Shown here: positions 23,363 through 37,263 of the stretch, in pieces | How positions within the stretch are numbered: the first letter of the stretch is position 1 | Layout: every line of letters starts with the position of its first letter | Assembly (NCBI RefSeq): GCF_004010195.1 | Contig: NC_057717.1 | Coordinates: 106,121,548 to 106,180,711, forward strand | DNA: 59,164 nucleotides | Source of the DNA: Chiloscyllium plagiosum | Lineage: Eukaryota | Direction: 5' to 3' | The notes under the pieces: model-generated | Told to the model about the DNA's origin: nothing | What the model saw: only the letters and a program-made list of their open reading frames with translations | Database searches by the model: none | Program-made: the position numbers and the translations under genes

Positions 23363-23658
23363 GGCACGGTGGCTCAGTGGTTAGCACTGCTGCCTCACAG
23401 CACCAGGGTCCCAGGTTTGATTCCAGCCTTGGGTGACTGTCTGTGTGGAGTTTGCACATTCTCCCCATGTCTGTGTGAGTTTCCTCCAGGTGCTCTGGTT
23501 TCCTCCCACAGTCCAAAGATGTGCAGGTCAAGTGAATTGGCCATGCTAAATTGCCCATTAGTCAGAGGGAAATGGGTCTGGGTGGGTTGCTTTTCGGAGG
23601 GTCGGTGTGGACTGGTTGGGTCGAAGGGCCTGTTCCCACACTGTAGGGAATCTAATCT
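23363..23658 (+). mobile_element. HE1-like tRNA-derived SINE
   Basis: GGCACGGTGGCTCAGTGGTTAGC...GGTTTGATTCC head and (aatct)n tail. Confidence 0.9.
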
Positions 23659-26069
23659 ATTAGAACATCACAATCTGTTCAACCATCAGCTAGATTGGTA
23701 CATAAACTAACTTGATTATTTCATAACAGGGACAGCTGCAAATTGCTAAGAAAATCTATCCATTCCAATCTAATCTAATATATTTAGCTATACAAAGGGA
23801 AAGCAGGTATAACCATTACAAGAAGTTGTCTGTCTAAAGTAGGACTATGCTGCTTACTGCAAGTGTTTGGGTCATAACTACATCAGTCAGTAGTAATCTT
23901 TCAGCCCATGACAAAATACAGTCCATGTACCTCCAGCTGCTGTGCCTACTGAATTCAGCTTAGCCTGCATGTTTTGTTCCAAGAATTGAAAACCAGTAGA
24001 TGCAAACATATTTCTTAAGAGGCCAGGAAATTGCTCAAATAGAAGCTGGCAAAAAAGAAAGACTCATGAGGCAGGTATGGAAAAGTTATAACTGGAGTGT
24101 AATGGGAGGCGGATAACAGTTAAAGCTTTAAAAACGTAAGGGTCTTAAACAGTGAAGTAAACATTTCCATGCAGCAACTATTATAATCGAATTGTATACA
24201 GGTTTAATTCTCTCTCCCACATTTCTGTTACTTGCCATGACTATGCAATAGGCACATACTGTCACAATTAAAGTACTCCAATCTCCCATCCTCTGATAGC
24301 ACATTAATATTAAACCCTGACTACAGTGTTACACAGAAAACGCTACATTAGTATTTAATAAAGTGAGAGAGATGTAAAATTACATGGCAGCAGTATTCCA
24401 AAGTGTATTAAAAATTTATGTATTTTTGATAGAATTTCAATTGCATTTCTATTCAATAGTTCTTTGAAATACAATTTAAAAGAGTGTTCTTTAGTTAAAT
24501 CTGAGAAGGTTTACTTGTGTTATAACATTTTCTTTACAGTAGAGTTGCTGGGGGCAGTGCAATTTGTTGCATATGTAGACTTCCACTAAATAAATATTTG
24601 ATAAATTACATTTGTTATCAAAGTTAAAGTCATAGGAACAAAAGGAGAGACAGAAAACTTTTTAATGGACTACAAACAAAGTAATAATAAATTGTTGCTT
24701 TTCAGTTTAGGGAGAAGTATATAGTGGCATTAGGGTTTGGTTCTAGGACCATTATTTTTCTTGATCGTAGTGACTTGGACTTGATTATATGGAACATAAT
24801 TTCAAAGATTGCAGATGATGGAAAACTTGGAAATGTAGTAAACGATAAGCCTTCTGGAGGAAACGAACTGGTCAAATGTGCGTACATAAGGCAAATTAAA
24901 TTGTACAGACACAATTAACTTATATTTGGCCATTTTTTCAGGAAATATTACAATTCAGGATATAAATACCAGTTTCATTTAGCAAAGATTCTCCACTAAG
25001 AGTTATGTCCTGAGACTGACCCCATACTGAAGGCAGTTAAAGGTGGAGAGTAATAGTATTAAAATGCAAGATGGTACAATCTGCTAGAGATTCTTAATGA
25101 GCAATGGACAAGTTCTTAGCCTTGTCTGATTATTCAGAAGATGCATTTTGCATCTTGGGTGAGAAACCTTGAAATTAATAGAAAATTGGGTGTTTGTATA
25201 ATTGATTTGGTATTGTTACACTTTTACAGGGTGAACGATTCATCTGATATCAAATATTTAAAATGTATTCTTTGATTTTATGTTTTACTTTACTCAACGG
25301 CTTCTTGGCAATAGGCTATTTGAACCAATCGGTCCTTATTGGTAATTATTGCTAACTTCATTAATGAAAAATGTTTTGGTGATACAATGCACGGGATTGC
25401 AACTTGCCAAGCTTCTTCAACAGGGCTACACAAATTTACAACTTGTATCATCTAGAAGAATAACAGAAATAGATGCATGGAGACATCACAGCCTACATCA
25501 CCTACCGTTCTGACTTGGAGCTATCTTCCTGCTTTTTGAAATACTGCATTGCATGCAATGTCCACTTCAGTGCAGCTTTCTGGAGCTTGCACTCTAATAG
25601 CACTGTGCATGTGTCTCGATTACATGGACTGCAGCTTTTCAAGAAGGTAGGAACTTGACACTATCTCTAGGGCAATTAGAGGTGAGCAGTAAATGTTATC
25701 CTTCCCAATCATGCTCATGTCACATGAAAAACAGCATTCAGAAAGCATAGTAGTCTTATATTGTCCATGTATTAAATGACACCAGGTACTGTTGCATCAT
25801 CTAGCCTAATTAAGTACATACTGCATTTTGTGCTGCACTTGAACTTCCTTTGGCCTCATTTGTCTGTCAGCATAACTATTCATTTCTTCCTCATATCTTT
25901 ATCTTGTCTCCCCTTAAATGCATCTATCCTATCCATTCCACTACTCATAGTAGTAAATTCCACGTTCTGACCACTCCCTGGATAAAGAATGATCTTCTGA
26001 ACTCCCTATTGGCTTTCTCACTGATATTGAATTTTGCTCTTTCTATCTATCAAACCATTTGATCTATAC

Positions 26070-28550
26070 CAGTGTTTCTCAACCTTTCCGTATTCAACGC
26101 CCCCTTCTTATCCTTGAAATCATGCAACACCCCCAAATTACCAGTCTGTTTTTGCACATATAACTGCAATACACTGCAGTGCTGGAAACGGAAATTTTTT
26201 GTAAAATATGTTTTATATACAACAAAAATAAATTATCATTAATTACTGTTCTTACTGTCCACCTACCTTTGGCTCACTGTAGAAAATTTAGTCTGTGATA
26301 GCAAAATAGTCAATGTGATCCTTGTGATTCATGTTGTCTTGCTAAATCAGATACATCTGGTTCAATTTTTGTCAAAAGCAATCTCAGGTCACCACGCTGA
26401 ACAACATCCATGCGATTGCGGGTCTTATCTTGTATTCTGACAACGATACTGAATCCTTTCTCAACCAAATAAGAGGTAGGAAATGATAGTGCAAACCGCT
26501 TTGCCTCTTCGCTTAATAGCAGGAAACGACATCGGGTGGCATCTTGAATCCAAAACAGGGGCTCACCCATTTGTGAAAACCGAATTTTCATTGCAGTGTC
26601 ATTTTGGAGCTCTATCATTTCTTCCTGAAGGCGAATATCCATTTCTTCTGTGCATGAGATAAAGGGGTCAGTCAGCCATGTAGGGATCTCCATCTCGATA
26701 AGATCTGCAAATCGTATTTTCATATCATCCTGCAGTACACGAGTGTGAGCTGAGTAGATAAGTAATTGATCATCACTAACATCCTCCGCGATATTGTTTA
26801 AACTCTGGAACTGGTAAAACTCACGGCGACTGATACTCTGATGAAAGAGATCAAGTTTTGTAATAAAGGATGTATCAGCATTCCTTGCTTTTATGAAACT
26901 CACATTACCTCCTTGTATCTGCATGATTAGCGAATTATACTTATCGAATATATCCGCGAGATATGCACAGTCGTGTTTTACAGTTTCGGCTTTCATACAA
27001 AGGTTTTCATTATTTCTGTGTAGGAATTCGATGATAGGATCAAACCAGTTCATGGAAACGATTGAGGCATTTTCCTTTCGAGAGCTATCTCACTTGTGTG
27101 TAGCAGTAATTGCAGAAATTCACCTTCATTATCTTTACAGAGTTGGCGGAGAAGTCGTTCATTCAGAGCATGTCTATATAATTTACCACATCTATCACCA
27201 CTTGTAGAGAGCTTCACTAAGTTTTTTTGCAGCCAGATGCTGCCGATGGATAATGCAGTGTACTGTGAAAACAACATGTGGCACTTCTCTCTTTAATAAT
27301 GCGACAAATCCCTGATGTTGGCCAGTCATAGCACGTGTGCCATCCGTAGCACAAGCAACAATGTTTTTGAGGGAACAGATTGTTTATCAAAATAATCCTT
27401 GATGCAGTCGAAGATAGTCTTACCTTTGGATCTGTCGGTAGATCCAGAGCAAAACGTAATTTTTCTCGTATTTCATTTTTGTTGATGAAACGTACGTACC
27501 CCAAAAGTAAAGCTTGATTTCCGCATATAGTACTTTCATCAATTTGTAAGGTGATTTCTTTCGATATCAAAAGGAACATAATTTATCCTCAACATTTGAG
27601 GCCATTTCATTGATGTGCCTTCTTATGGAATCATTGCTAAGAGGAATCCGCTTGACAGTCATCGATGGTTCCTAACGTAGCACGGTTAGTAATACTTCGG
27701 CAATAGCTGGAAGCACCAACGATTCACCCACTGAAAGAGGTTTACCACATTTTGCAATTAGCTTCGCTATGTTGTATGATACCACAAGGCCATCCACATT
27801 TGTGGCTCCCATCTTTGAAAAAGCAGTGGAAATCGGTCGCTGATTGAATTTCTTCTTTAATGTTTGAAAATATGCCAAATCTTTGTCCTTTTTGTCACTG
27901 TGTTTCTTTTTCAAATGTTTAATAAGACGGGAAGGCTTCATGGCCTCGTTGGAAAAACTTTGTTCACAGAGCAAGCACAGTGGTAACTGCTTATTAGATG
28001 GAGATTGAATAAAGCCATATTGCAAATAGTCCATGCTATTCTGCCTGCATTTTTTCTTACTCAATGAGGCCATTTTTACACTCACTCGAATACCCTGATG
28101 GAATCAATAGTATTATCTTATCACGATAATTTTAAGATGCTCAGGCAAGTGGCAAAATTTGATTGGCTAATTAGCTGTAATGTGTATTCATTCTACCACC
28201 TGGTAAAACAGTTGAAAAACTGCGTTTCGTCTTCCTAGAAGCGACACGAGTTAGGTGATATTGATCTCGGCAGTAGAATCAATGCCAACTGCGAACGAGT
28301 TCAAATAGTTTACCATTCACAGAGAAGACTATCAATAATAGCGCAGCAACCAATCAGAGTGCATGCCTCCATGGGTGCAGGGAAAATAACAGACTCGTGT
28401 TATGCGACTATCCATCTGCACACAGCGATGTCCTTCAAGGTAATTGGTAAGCTCTCTACAAAGTCGTTCAGTGCCCACTTTGACTTCAACGCCCACCGAA
28501 GAAGGCAAATGCTCCTCAGGGGGCGCTTCCACCACTGTTGAGAAACACTG
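26070..28550 (-). mobile_element. hAT DNA transposon (Buster/Charlie type), full length, 2481 bp
   Basis: 14-bp perfect TIRs CAGTGTTTCTCAAC (26070-26083) and GTTGAGAAACACTG (28537-28550). 8-bp TSD ATCTATAC/ATCTACAC (7/8 match) with central TA. Internal transposase remnants. Confidence 0.95.
26310..28085 (-). pseudogene. Frameshifted hAT transposase (ZBED5/ZBED8/GTF2IRD2-like family)
   Basis: BED zinc finger CLLC...MKPSRLIKHLKKKH, catalytic LQIDEST, AYLADIF and C-terminal FPTSYLVEKGFS...RNR, split over four ORFs. Confidence 0.9.
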
Positions 28551-29269
28551 ATCTACACAATCACTTTTCATAACAAAGATATTTATATTACTTAGCATTT
28601 ATTTTCAAGATCATGATGCAAAAGTGTGTTAAAGTTTATTCGTTATGCTGTCACTATTCCATGTAGCATACACTTTATCCACAGCAAAGCCTCGATAAGT
28701 AGCAACACAATTAAATGATCAAATAATTTTATGTTTAGTCGAGGATCTTAAAATACTTGATAATGCTGAGAAAGTCTAAATGGAGGTAAATGATTATGTT
28801 GCATTCTTCAAAGAGGTAGGAATACCATTGTTTGTGTATCCATTTGTTCACCTGATATTTATGGGCCTATGTATGTAAAATGAGTCTGAATGTTTGCCTA
28901 CAGAATCACAGTTAAGTATTACACGGTTTCAGATATCCTGAGGCTGACATATATCCTATAAGTGCAAGTCATTTTCATCTTTGAAGGATGAAGTAGCATT
29001 GCTTAAATATGGGCAAGATTTTGAAACTGGGTCTGTGGAATCAGTGACAGATCCAAGTAACGGGAGGAGACTACTGAGACAAATATAAGTATATAGGAGA
29101 ATGAATACTCAAGGCAATTCTTGGAACTAACGTGCAATGTTAATAATGAGACCATCATATTTTCAATTCTCAGTACAGGGGCACTGGTGGTCAACTGTTA
29201 CCACAAATGAGAATGAATAATGACACAAACCCTGGCAATTAAATGTGGCCTCTTGTTTTATTTTGTTCA

Positions 29270-31950
29270 GTACAGGTGGTAATGTACTGCTAATGTCACT
29301 AGAGCTGTACCTAGCCCATGCTATTCCTCTGTGGTATGAGTCCCAATCAGAATCCCTATAATCTGTATGAATCCCTACAGGCCTTCAGCCCAGAAAATCC
29401 ACATCGACCCTCCGAAGAGTAACCCACCCAGACCCATTCACCTACCTTACATTTACCCCGACTAATGCACTTAACCTACACATCCCTGAACATTATGAAT
29501 AATTTAGAATGGCCAATTCACCTAAACTGCATATCTTTGGACTGTGGAAGGAAACCGGAGCATCCGGAGGAAATCCACACAGACTCAGGGAGAATGTGCA
29601 AATGAGGCTCGAATTGTCCCTGGCACTGTGAGGCAAGAGTGCTAACCACTGAGCCACTGAAATCCCACCACAGCAAGTGCTAAATTAAATTTAAGTTCAA
29701 ATAATAAATCTGGAATTAGAAGACAGTCAACAATGGCTTCATAGTCACCAATAGACTGCTGTTTAAAATAAAACTTGGTTTACTAATGTACTTTAGGGAA
29801 GGAAATCTGCCATCCTTACCTGATTTAGCCTACAGACGACTTCAGACCTAGATGGTGAGCATTGAATGTTTTCTGAAATGGCCCAGCAAGCCATTCAAAC
29901 TGTTGCAAAGTATAAAAGGAACAAATGTGGATCACCCAACATTGATGTTGCACTTCTCTGTTAACAATCCTGCAAATGCTTTCTTATGGAGATGAATGCT
30001 TGTGCCAAAATTCTTAAAGCAGTCTCTCAGACCAGTTGAACTCAACATTACCTCTGAAATGTGATTCCATGAATATGTCTACGTCCTAGACACCACTGTC
30101 ACCATCCTGGATATATCTTGGGTCCCCTACTAGGAGACCTACCAATGTCAGAAGGACAGTGCTATGCAGTTGGATGATAGTTTCCTTGGGAGTCCTGAAC
30201 ATTGAGGTCTCACGACATTATCCAACATGGGCAAGGAAACCTCCTGCTGATCGTTGCATACTGTCCTCAGCTGACAAATCAGCACTTTTCCATGTTTAAA
30301 AAAGAAGTGGAAGAGGCACTGAGGATGGCAAAGGCATCTGTACGCTGGGTGGAAGACTTCAATGTCTTGACCAAGTGGTTAGATAGCACCGCTACTGACT
30401 CAGTTTATTGAATACTCCATGTCTGCATAGCACAGAGGTTCCCAGCAAATCCAATTCTGTTCTTCAACTAATTTGATTCACTCCATCTAATATCAAAAAA
30501 TGTGTGACAACACTGCGCTCTGCAAAGCCATGGGCCCTGGCAACATTCTAGCACTAGTGCTCAAGACTTGTTCTCCATAACTAACTGTGCCTCTATCCAA
30601 GCTGTTCCAATACATCAACTGCTCACACCTATTCAACAATATGGAAAATTGCCCTGGTATGTCTGCAAAAAGCAGGACTAAGCTGATTACTGGCTCGTCA
30701 GTCTATTCATGATCATCAGCACAGTATTGGAAGGGGATGTTAACTGTGCTATAAATAGTGCTTGATCTGCAACAACCTGTTCATTGAAGCTTGGTTTGTG
30801 TTTAATCACAACCATTCAGACACTGACTTCATTTCAGCCTTATTCTAAACAATGGAATAGGAGCTGAAATCTAGAGGTAAGGTGAGAATCTTTGATGTTA
30901 AGACAGCATTTGATTGTGCGTGACCTCAAGGAGCCCTATCACAACTCTCCACTGAAAACAAAACGTGATGGAGATCACAGCCGGTCAGGCAGGATCCATG
31001 GAGAGAAAGGAAGCTAACGATTTGAGTCTCGATGACTCTTCTGCTGATCTCTAGGATGTTTTGTTTTTGTATTCAGATTCCAGATGCCAAGCTTCTCGTG
31101 TTGCAATCATAAGTAAAGCAATGGAAGGTTCCTTGAAGGTCAATCATCTTAGTCCCAAGACATCACTGCATAGGTTCCTCAGGCTAGTTCTGATGCCCAA
31201 CCATGTTCAGCAGTGACCTTCCCTCCAAAGTAAAGTTAGAATTGGGTTCACTGTGCAATGAGCAGAACAATTTACAACTCCTCTGACACTGAAGCACTCT
31301 GTCCAGATGCAGCAAGACCTGAGATGATGAGTAGCAAATAATATTTGTGCCATCTCTAGCAAGAGAGAATTTAACCTTGACATTTCATGGCTTTACTATC
31401 ATTGAATCCACCACTGTCAACATTCCAGCATTGTCAAAAACTGAATTGATCTAAACAAATAGAAACAGTGGCCATAAGATTAGGAATTCTGGGTCAAGTA
31501 ACTCATCTCCTGTCTCAACAAATTCTGTCTGCCATTTGAAAGTCTCAAGTTAGGAGTATGAAGGAATACTCTCCACTTGCCTGGATGAGTGCAGCTCCAA
31601 AAACACGAGAAGCTTGGCACTATCCAGGAGAGAGCAGCCTGCTTGCTTGGCACCCCATCCAACAACATTTACTTCTTCTGATACACAGTAGCAGCTAAGT
31701 GTACCACGTATTAGGTGCATTACAGCAACCTATCAAGGCTTCTTCAACGCACTTTACAAACCCACAACCTCTGCACCCAGAAAGAGAAAGGCAGGAGACG
31801 AATGGGAACACTGGCACTTGTAAGTTTCTGTCCAAGTCCCACAGCATGACCTGGAACTATATTGCTATTCCTTTGGCATTGCCACTCAAACTTTTGAAAC
31901 TTTTCCCAGCAGCACTGCATTTGAACTACCTACAACATCAGAATTGTTCC
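29270..31950 (+). mobile_element. Degenerate L2/Crack-like LINE with a tRNA-SINE-like 5' end, interrupted by a SINE and a Penelope fragment
   Basis: APE-like QGNLLLIVAY...VEDFNV peptide. 3' part matches 1-500 and 5' part matches 17435-17730. Confidence 0.65.
29370..29659 (-). mobile_element. HE1-like SINE
   Basis: Reverse complement of the 23363-23658 family. Confidence 0.85.
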
Positions 31951-34287
31951 TATCCCAGAGGACTGTGGAAGCCTAGTTGTTGAGTATGATCAAAACAGAT
32001 AGATTTTTGGATCTTAAAGATATGGAGATACCACAGGTAAAACAAGATATCAAGATATACATTATCTGTTCAGTTGCTTTATCCATCCCTTCCCTATTAA
32101 ACCATGATTCTCTGATCCCTCTTCAGCCTTGACCACGTCCTGTTTTCATTCCTGTTTCATTTAGGTGTCTGGCCAGCTTATTTTGGTCATCCTTCCTAAT
32201 ATATCCTCCTTTGCTGCATCATTTTGTTTTGCCCTGGTTACAGGGATAACGTAGTGATGAGGGCCTGGGTGGAATGCTCTTTGGAGGGGTCGGTGTGGAC
32301 TCAATGGGTCGAATAACTTGCTTCCACATTGTAGAGATTCTATGGATGAAGCACCTTTGGGTGTTTTAGTGCCTTATCATTGTATGCTCTTCTCTTTTCA
32401 CACCACCAGGAGTCTCTATGCTACACATTAATGGTTTAAGTCTGCTGTTTTTGGTACATTAATAATTCTTTTTCTCAAGTTTTCTTTCTGTTTTGCTCCT
32501 CACTCTCTCCTTTTCAACATGCCTTTTCCAAATATACTGTTCCTGGCCAGCATCACTGAAGTGAATCTTAAAATGTTCACATGGGAGCTTGGGTACTAAA
32601 GTTGACTGCATCGCCTTGGCTGTGCTGAAGCCTAACTTAGTTGGCTTCACTCCCTTAAACATGACACTGTTCCAGAAGTAAAGTATAGGGTAATAATATT
32701 TCACTCAATTATAAAACTGTTTACTTAGCAGTTATTCCTACCAGCTCTAAGTGGTCTGGCTCATTCAGCAGCCATAAGTTAGATTATTACAAGGTTAAAA
32801 TTATCTTTAAAGTAACCCACTAAGTTCTCCGCCCTCACCACTTTCTGGTACAAGTTCTTCAGAAACTGATCAGAATCAACTTTACCAACACAAGCTCACT
32901 ATAAACAAGCCTCACCCTATCAAATAAGAATTCTAATTTTAATTTCCCAGGTAAAAGGACCAGATTCATTTGTGGCTCTTGTCTGCATCCATGTATTCTA
33001 TATCAGGCACAACAGTAGTTGGCTGCAGAGTATGATTTAACCTGACTGCTCCATTACCCAAGGTCAGATGCAGCACAGATAAAGATTAAAGAACTCTTTA
33101 CTCTGCACCAGCAATATTCTTTAATTTCAACCTGATAAGAGCATTCTAACTACATTAGCCTAGCATATTCACTTTGTTATGATTCATGTTTTAAGACTTT
33201 TCTCCGTGATGGTGAGAATTTAGAATTGAAAATTTTTTACTAAGTTGTTGCTTTGTATTTATTGTAGATTAGTTTAAGGGAACGTTAAATAGGTGCAAGA
33301 AGGAGAATGAAATTGAAGGGCTGGTTGAAAGAATAGCTGAAGTTAACTGAAAGGTTCCTGTGGAGCGTGGGATGATTTTAGTAAGTGGCCTGGTTCTACG
33401 CTGAATTTCTTCTATGTAATTTGGGATCTTTACAATCAGCAGAATGAGGAGACTCACACCATAAAACAAGAACTGAGTTTGACTAGAGATCCCAGAAGTG
33501 GAAAGAGTATTAATAAAGAAACAGAAAATGATAGGAATACACATTGAGTCAGCATGATAATGTTTGAGTAAAGCTTCATCCCTGGAACTCAATGATTGTG
33601 TGCATGTCCACTACATTGTAGTATTACATTGTAGATTAAAGTATTTTATATATGAATAGTTGTGGAACTGTGCAAAATGTGACTCAGATGGCAGTTATTC
33701 CTTAATACAAAAGTTTTGACTTGAATGTGACCTTAATCAGCATTTGCATTCTAATGTAAACAAATCTCGTGCCTGGTGTTACGCCCTAGAAGTACTGATT
33801 GTTCCAACTTTGGCATGATGCAGTCATTAGAAACGTTGCTATAGTCATAAGGCAAGATTTTATCTTTTGGGTTGAGTACTGATCCTTCATTGTATTGGGA
33901 ACAGGCATCCAACCATTGGGTTTTAAAATAACATGTCAACCACAAAAGAGATATTATCACACACTCCTGGCTCAGATATAGGGATACTACCACTGGGTCA
34001 CAGGAGACCATTTTTCTTTTATTCAACTTGTTCAGAGATGTTATACAACTCTGGAGCAGGTGGGTCTTTAACTCAGGCCTCCTGCTCCAGAGGGAGGGAA
34101 AGAATATCAAAAGCAATTTTACTGTGATTAACTATTTATTAACTGGAGGGTGTGTTTGCCATGCAATTAAGGATAGGGTGGCTGTTAAAGTATGTTCCGT
34201 CAGGCAGAAAGATACAGAAGCTTGAACACGCGCCGGTGAGTTCAAGAACAGACTCTTCCCTGCTGTTATTAGACTGCTGAATGGACT

Positions 34288-34468
34288 TAGGAGAAAGTGA
34301 GGATTGCAGATGCTTGAGATCAGAGTCAAAAAGTGTGGCACTGGAAAAGCACAGCAAGTCAGGCAGCATTCGAGAAGCAGGAGAATCTGCTTATGCCCGA
34401 AACGTCGATTTTCCTGCTCCTTGGATGCTGCCTGACTTGCTGTGCTTTTCCAGTGCCACACTTTTTGA
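34288..34468. mobile_element. Palindromic Penelope-derived insert inside a Rex1-like 3' end
   Basis: Inverted arms aaaagtgtggcactggaaaagcacagc.../...gctgtgcttttccagtgccacactttt, flanked by a TGCTGAATG(G)ACT duplication. Confidence 0.8.
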
Positions 34469-34830
34469 TGCTGAATGACTCTCTCTAATTTAAAATCTAT
34501 TTTTGACGTTATATGTCTCTCTTTATCTAAGCACCCTATGATCTGTATGTCCTTGTATGTTATGCTCATAAAACAAAACTTTTCACTACTTAGGTACATG
34601 TGATAACAACAAATTAAATCAAGTCCAAAAGGCTAATGGGAGGCCAGCACCAAAGGTGCTGTTATTGTAGGTAGTGAAGAGAGGATGCAATTCCATCCTA
34701 TTTGAAGCCTATCAGCAATTTTAAATAACTTAAAATGAAAAAATGGTCACAACTCCTGAGTTACTAATATGAAGGGGAAACCTCTCCACAGGCCAGAATC
34801 CTCATTCCCTATTCCAAAAGAGGTGGGTAA

Positions 34831-37263
34831 TGAAATAAATCTTCAGAGGCCAGCATGCCATCACCAATCACTCCTTAATTGGCAAATGCACATCCTTTGA
34901 CATAAGCTCTTCCTCTTACTGAGTCAGTCCCTAGGACTCCATATCCCTGACATTTTATCTCTTTTATGTCAGTCAAGTCTGCCTGATTGGGACTGTAATC
35001 TGGTCCAATCAGGAAACTCCGATTGTATGAAGTCCAGCTGGCTGACTTATTACAATTAGCACATCTCTCCCCCGGAGTCCATGGACTCTGGGTGGTCCAA
35101 TTCCTTTGAGAGCCTCTTGGAGCTTTTTAACACTGGGTCAGGGTCATCTAACTCTGAATCCAACATGGGAGGTGTGAAATGAATGGGAGCTTGCCTCTTG
35201 TGTTTTGAGTGCTTCATTTGAGTTTCACTTCCTTCTTCCGGAGGCATTGAAGCAGCAACTTCTATCATGTCCATTTCTGATTCAAGCGATTCAACAATGT
35301 TTGATGGAGAGGATGAATCAATGGGTCCCTAAAATATTTGTGAAGGCTTCGAGGTGCAGAGCAAGTTCAGCTCCTGTGCAGTCTTTGATTTTGGCATTGG
35401 AGTTCTTGATGCTGTTTCATCCTCCCTTCAGGTCTATGAAGATCAGACCTAGCTTGGTGTGGAATCTTTTATCCATAAACAGCTCTGCTGGTGCTATACC
35501 TATAGTTGCAAGTGGACTGTTCCTGTAATCAAACAAAGAACTGTGATAATTTGGTATCAAGTGAGAATATAGGCTATTTCTTCAGTCCAGCCTTCAAAGA
35601 TTGGACAGCTATTTCTGCCAGGCCTTTGAATGATGGGGTGGTATGGAACTGTCCTACTATGCTGAAACTGATTCAACTTTAAGAAGTAACTAAAATCCTT
35701 GCTGGTAAACGATCACCCATTATCTGTGACCAATACCTCCAGGACTCCACATGTTGCAAAAAAACCACGCAATTGTTCTCTCATCACTCCAGTGTTTGAC
35801 AAGTGGATTCTGGGCACATCCCACCACTTTGAGTGGGTGTCCACAATGACTAAAAAGTATTGAAGCCATGGAAGGACCTGCATAGTTGACACCCAACCAA
35901 GTGCAAGGTTTATCCGGTCATTCCTACAGATGTGGAGAACCTGCTGGCAGTAATTTTTGTCCTTGTTGACACAAACGTGGCTATGTCTGTGTCTAAGCCT
36001 GGCTGGCAGACATAAGTTCTTCACACCTTCATTTTGGAGATGCCTGGATGACCCTATTGGAGTTCAGCCAATATTTGTTCGGGGCAATCACTCTTGCTCC
36101 CCATAACAAATACTGTCCTCTACCACGAGCTGGTCTGTTCTGCCCAGAACAGATTTAATTCTATCTATGACAGCCCTTTCATTTCCCACTCACTTAATAT
36201 CAATTATTAGAGTTGGAAAGGATTGGATTTTTCTAAGTCCAAAATCTGATATTGTTAGCTGTGACTAGTTGTGTATCCAGAAAATTCAATATCATGACAA
36301 ATTCTTCCATTGGGGGTACCACAGGTAGTATATCTGCTAATGGATGGTGGCTCAATGCATCCGCATTCACTACTCGGCCTCCCACTCAATGTTCTAATTT
36401 GTAATTATAAGCACTTAATATTAGAACCCACTCAAACATTACCTGAAACACTGCCTTATCCTGTTTAAGCAGACCAAGTTGGGTTTGTAGTCGATGACAA
36501 AGTTTATCACTAATTTTTGTCCATATAGGTATAGGTGAAACGTTCTCACTCTAAATATAACCACCAATCCTTCTGATTCTAGTTGGGCATATTTATGCTC
36601 TACGTTTGCCAAAATCTTGGATGCATAGCTATGGGGTATTCCTATCCAGTGGGCCACCTGTGAGTTAATACCACCCTGAAGATGGATTTCCCAGTTCTTG
36701 AATTGCAGGGTAAAAGCAATAGCATCCCAGAATTAAAGAAGGCTTGGGCATCATGTCAGTCAATTCTTGAAAAACTTTAGAATCTAGTGCCTCAGAAAAA
36801 GTAAGGCTTCTAATGACAGAAAAAGCTGCAGTTCCACAGGCTGTCAGGAGAATTGCTCATTTTTCATATGTGAAATTGTCATTTGCCTGGAAAAAAAATA
36901 AAGCATTCTTTCCACATACAGGACCCAGTCCTCAAAGTTAGGTGTGAAATAGTCAACCTTCCCAAACAGAGACATTATGTAAGAAAATGCTAATCCAAAC
37001 TTCAAAATGACTGTGAGCAAGTTTCTTCAAGATCATGCTTTGCTCTCGTGACCACTGAAATAGCTCTTCAGAGGCTGACATCCCATCATCAATCATCCTT
37101 TATTTACAAATGCATTGCCTTTGACAATAGTCAGTCATTCCAGTGGCTCAATATCTTTGAAATTCATCCTTTTATGTCAGCCAGGTCTCCCTGATTAGGA
37201 CTGTTAATCTGTTCCAATCAGGGAACTCATACTGTGCTAGCTGACCTCATTACAATCACTTCA
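34831..37263 (-). mobile_element. Internally deleted, degenerate Gypsy LTR retrotransposon
   Basis: Paired diverged LTRs at 34831-35063 and 37056-37263, both TG...CA. Polypurine tract at 35064-35073. PBS-like TGGTCACGAG at 37045-37054. gag-like start MSLFGKVD at 36975, RNase H fragment (YASK...KYAQLESEGL...FHLYLYG) and integrase fragment (FLVIVDTHSKW...LVTDNG). Confidence 0.85.

Noticed and set aside
23363..23440. tRNA genes at SINE heads (also 13600, 45230, 50520, 55553)
   Set aside because: Each continues into the same SINE body, so they are SINE promoters and not tRNAs.
26310..28085. Domesticated ZBED/Buster host gene
   Set aside because: It has multiple frameshifts and stops and retains TIRs and TSD, so it is a dead transposon copy.
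32459..34116. Several 65-120-aa ORFs in AT-rich intergenic DNA (similar ones at 21.9-25.9 kb and 40-44 kb)
   Set aside because: No recognisable domains or consistent splice structure, and many begin at non-ATG codons. Expected by chance.
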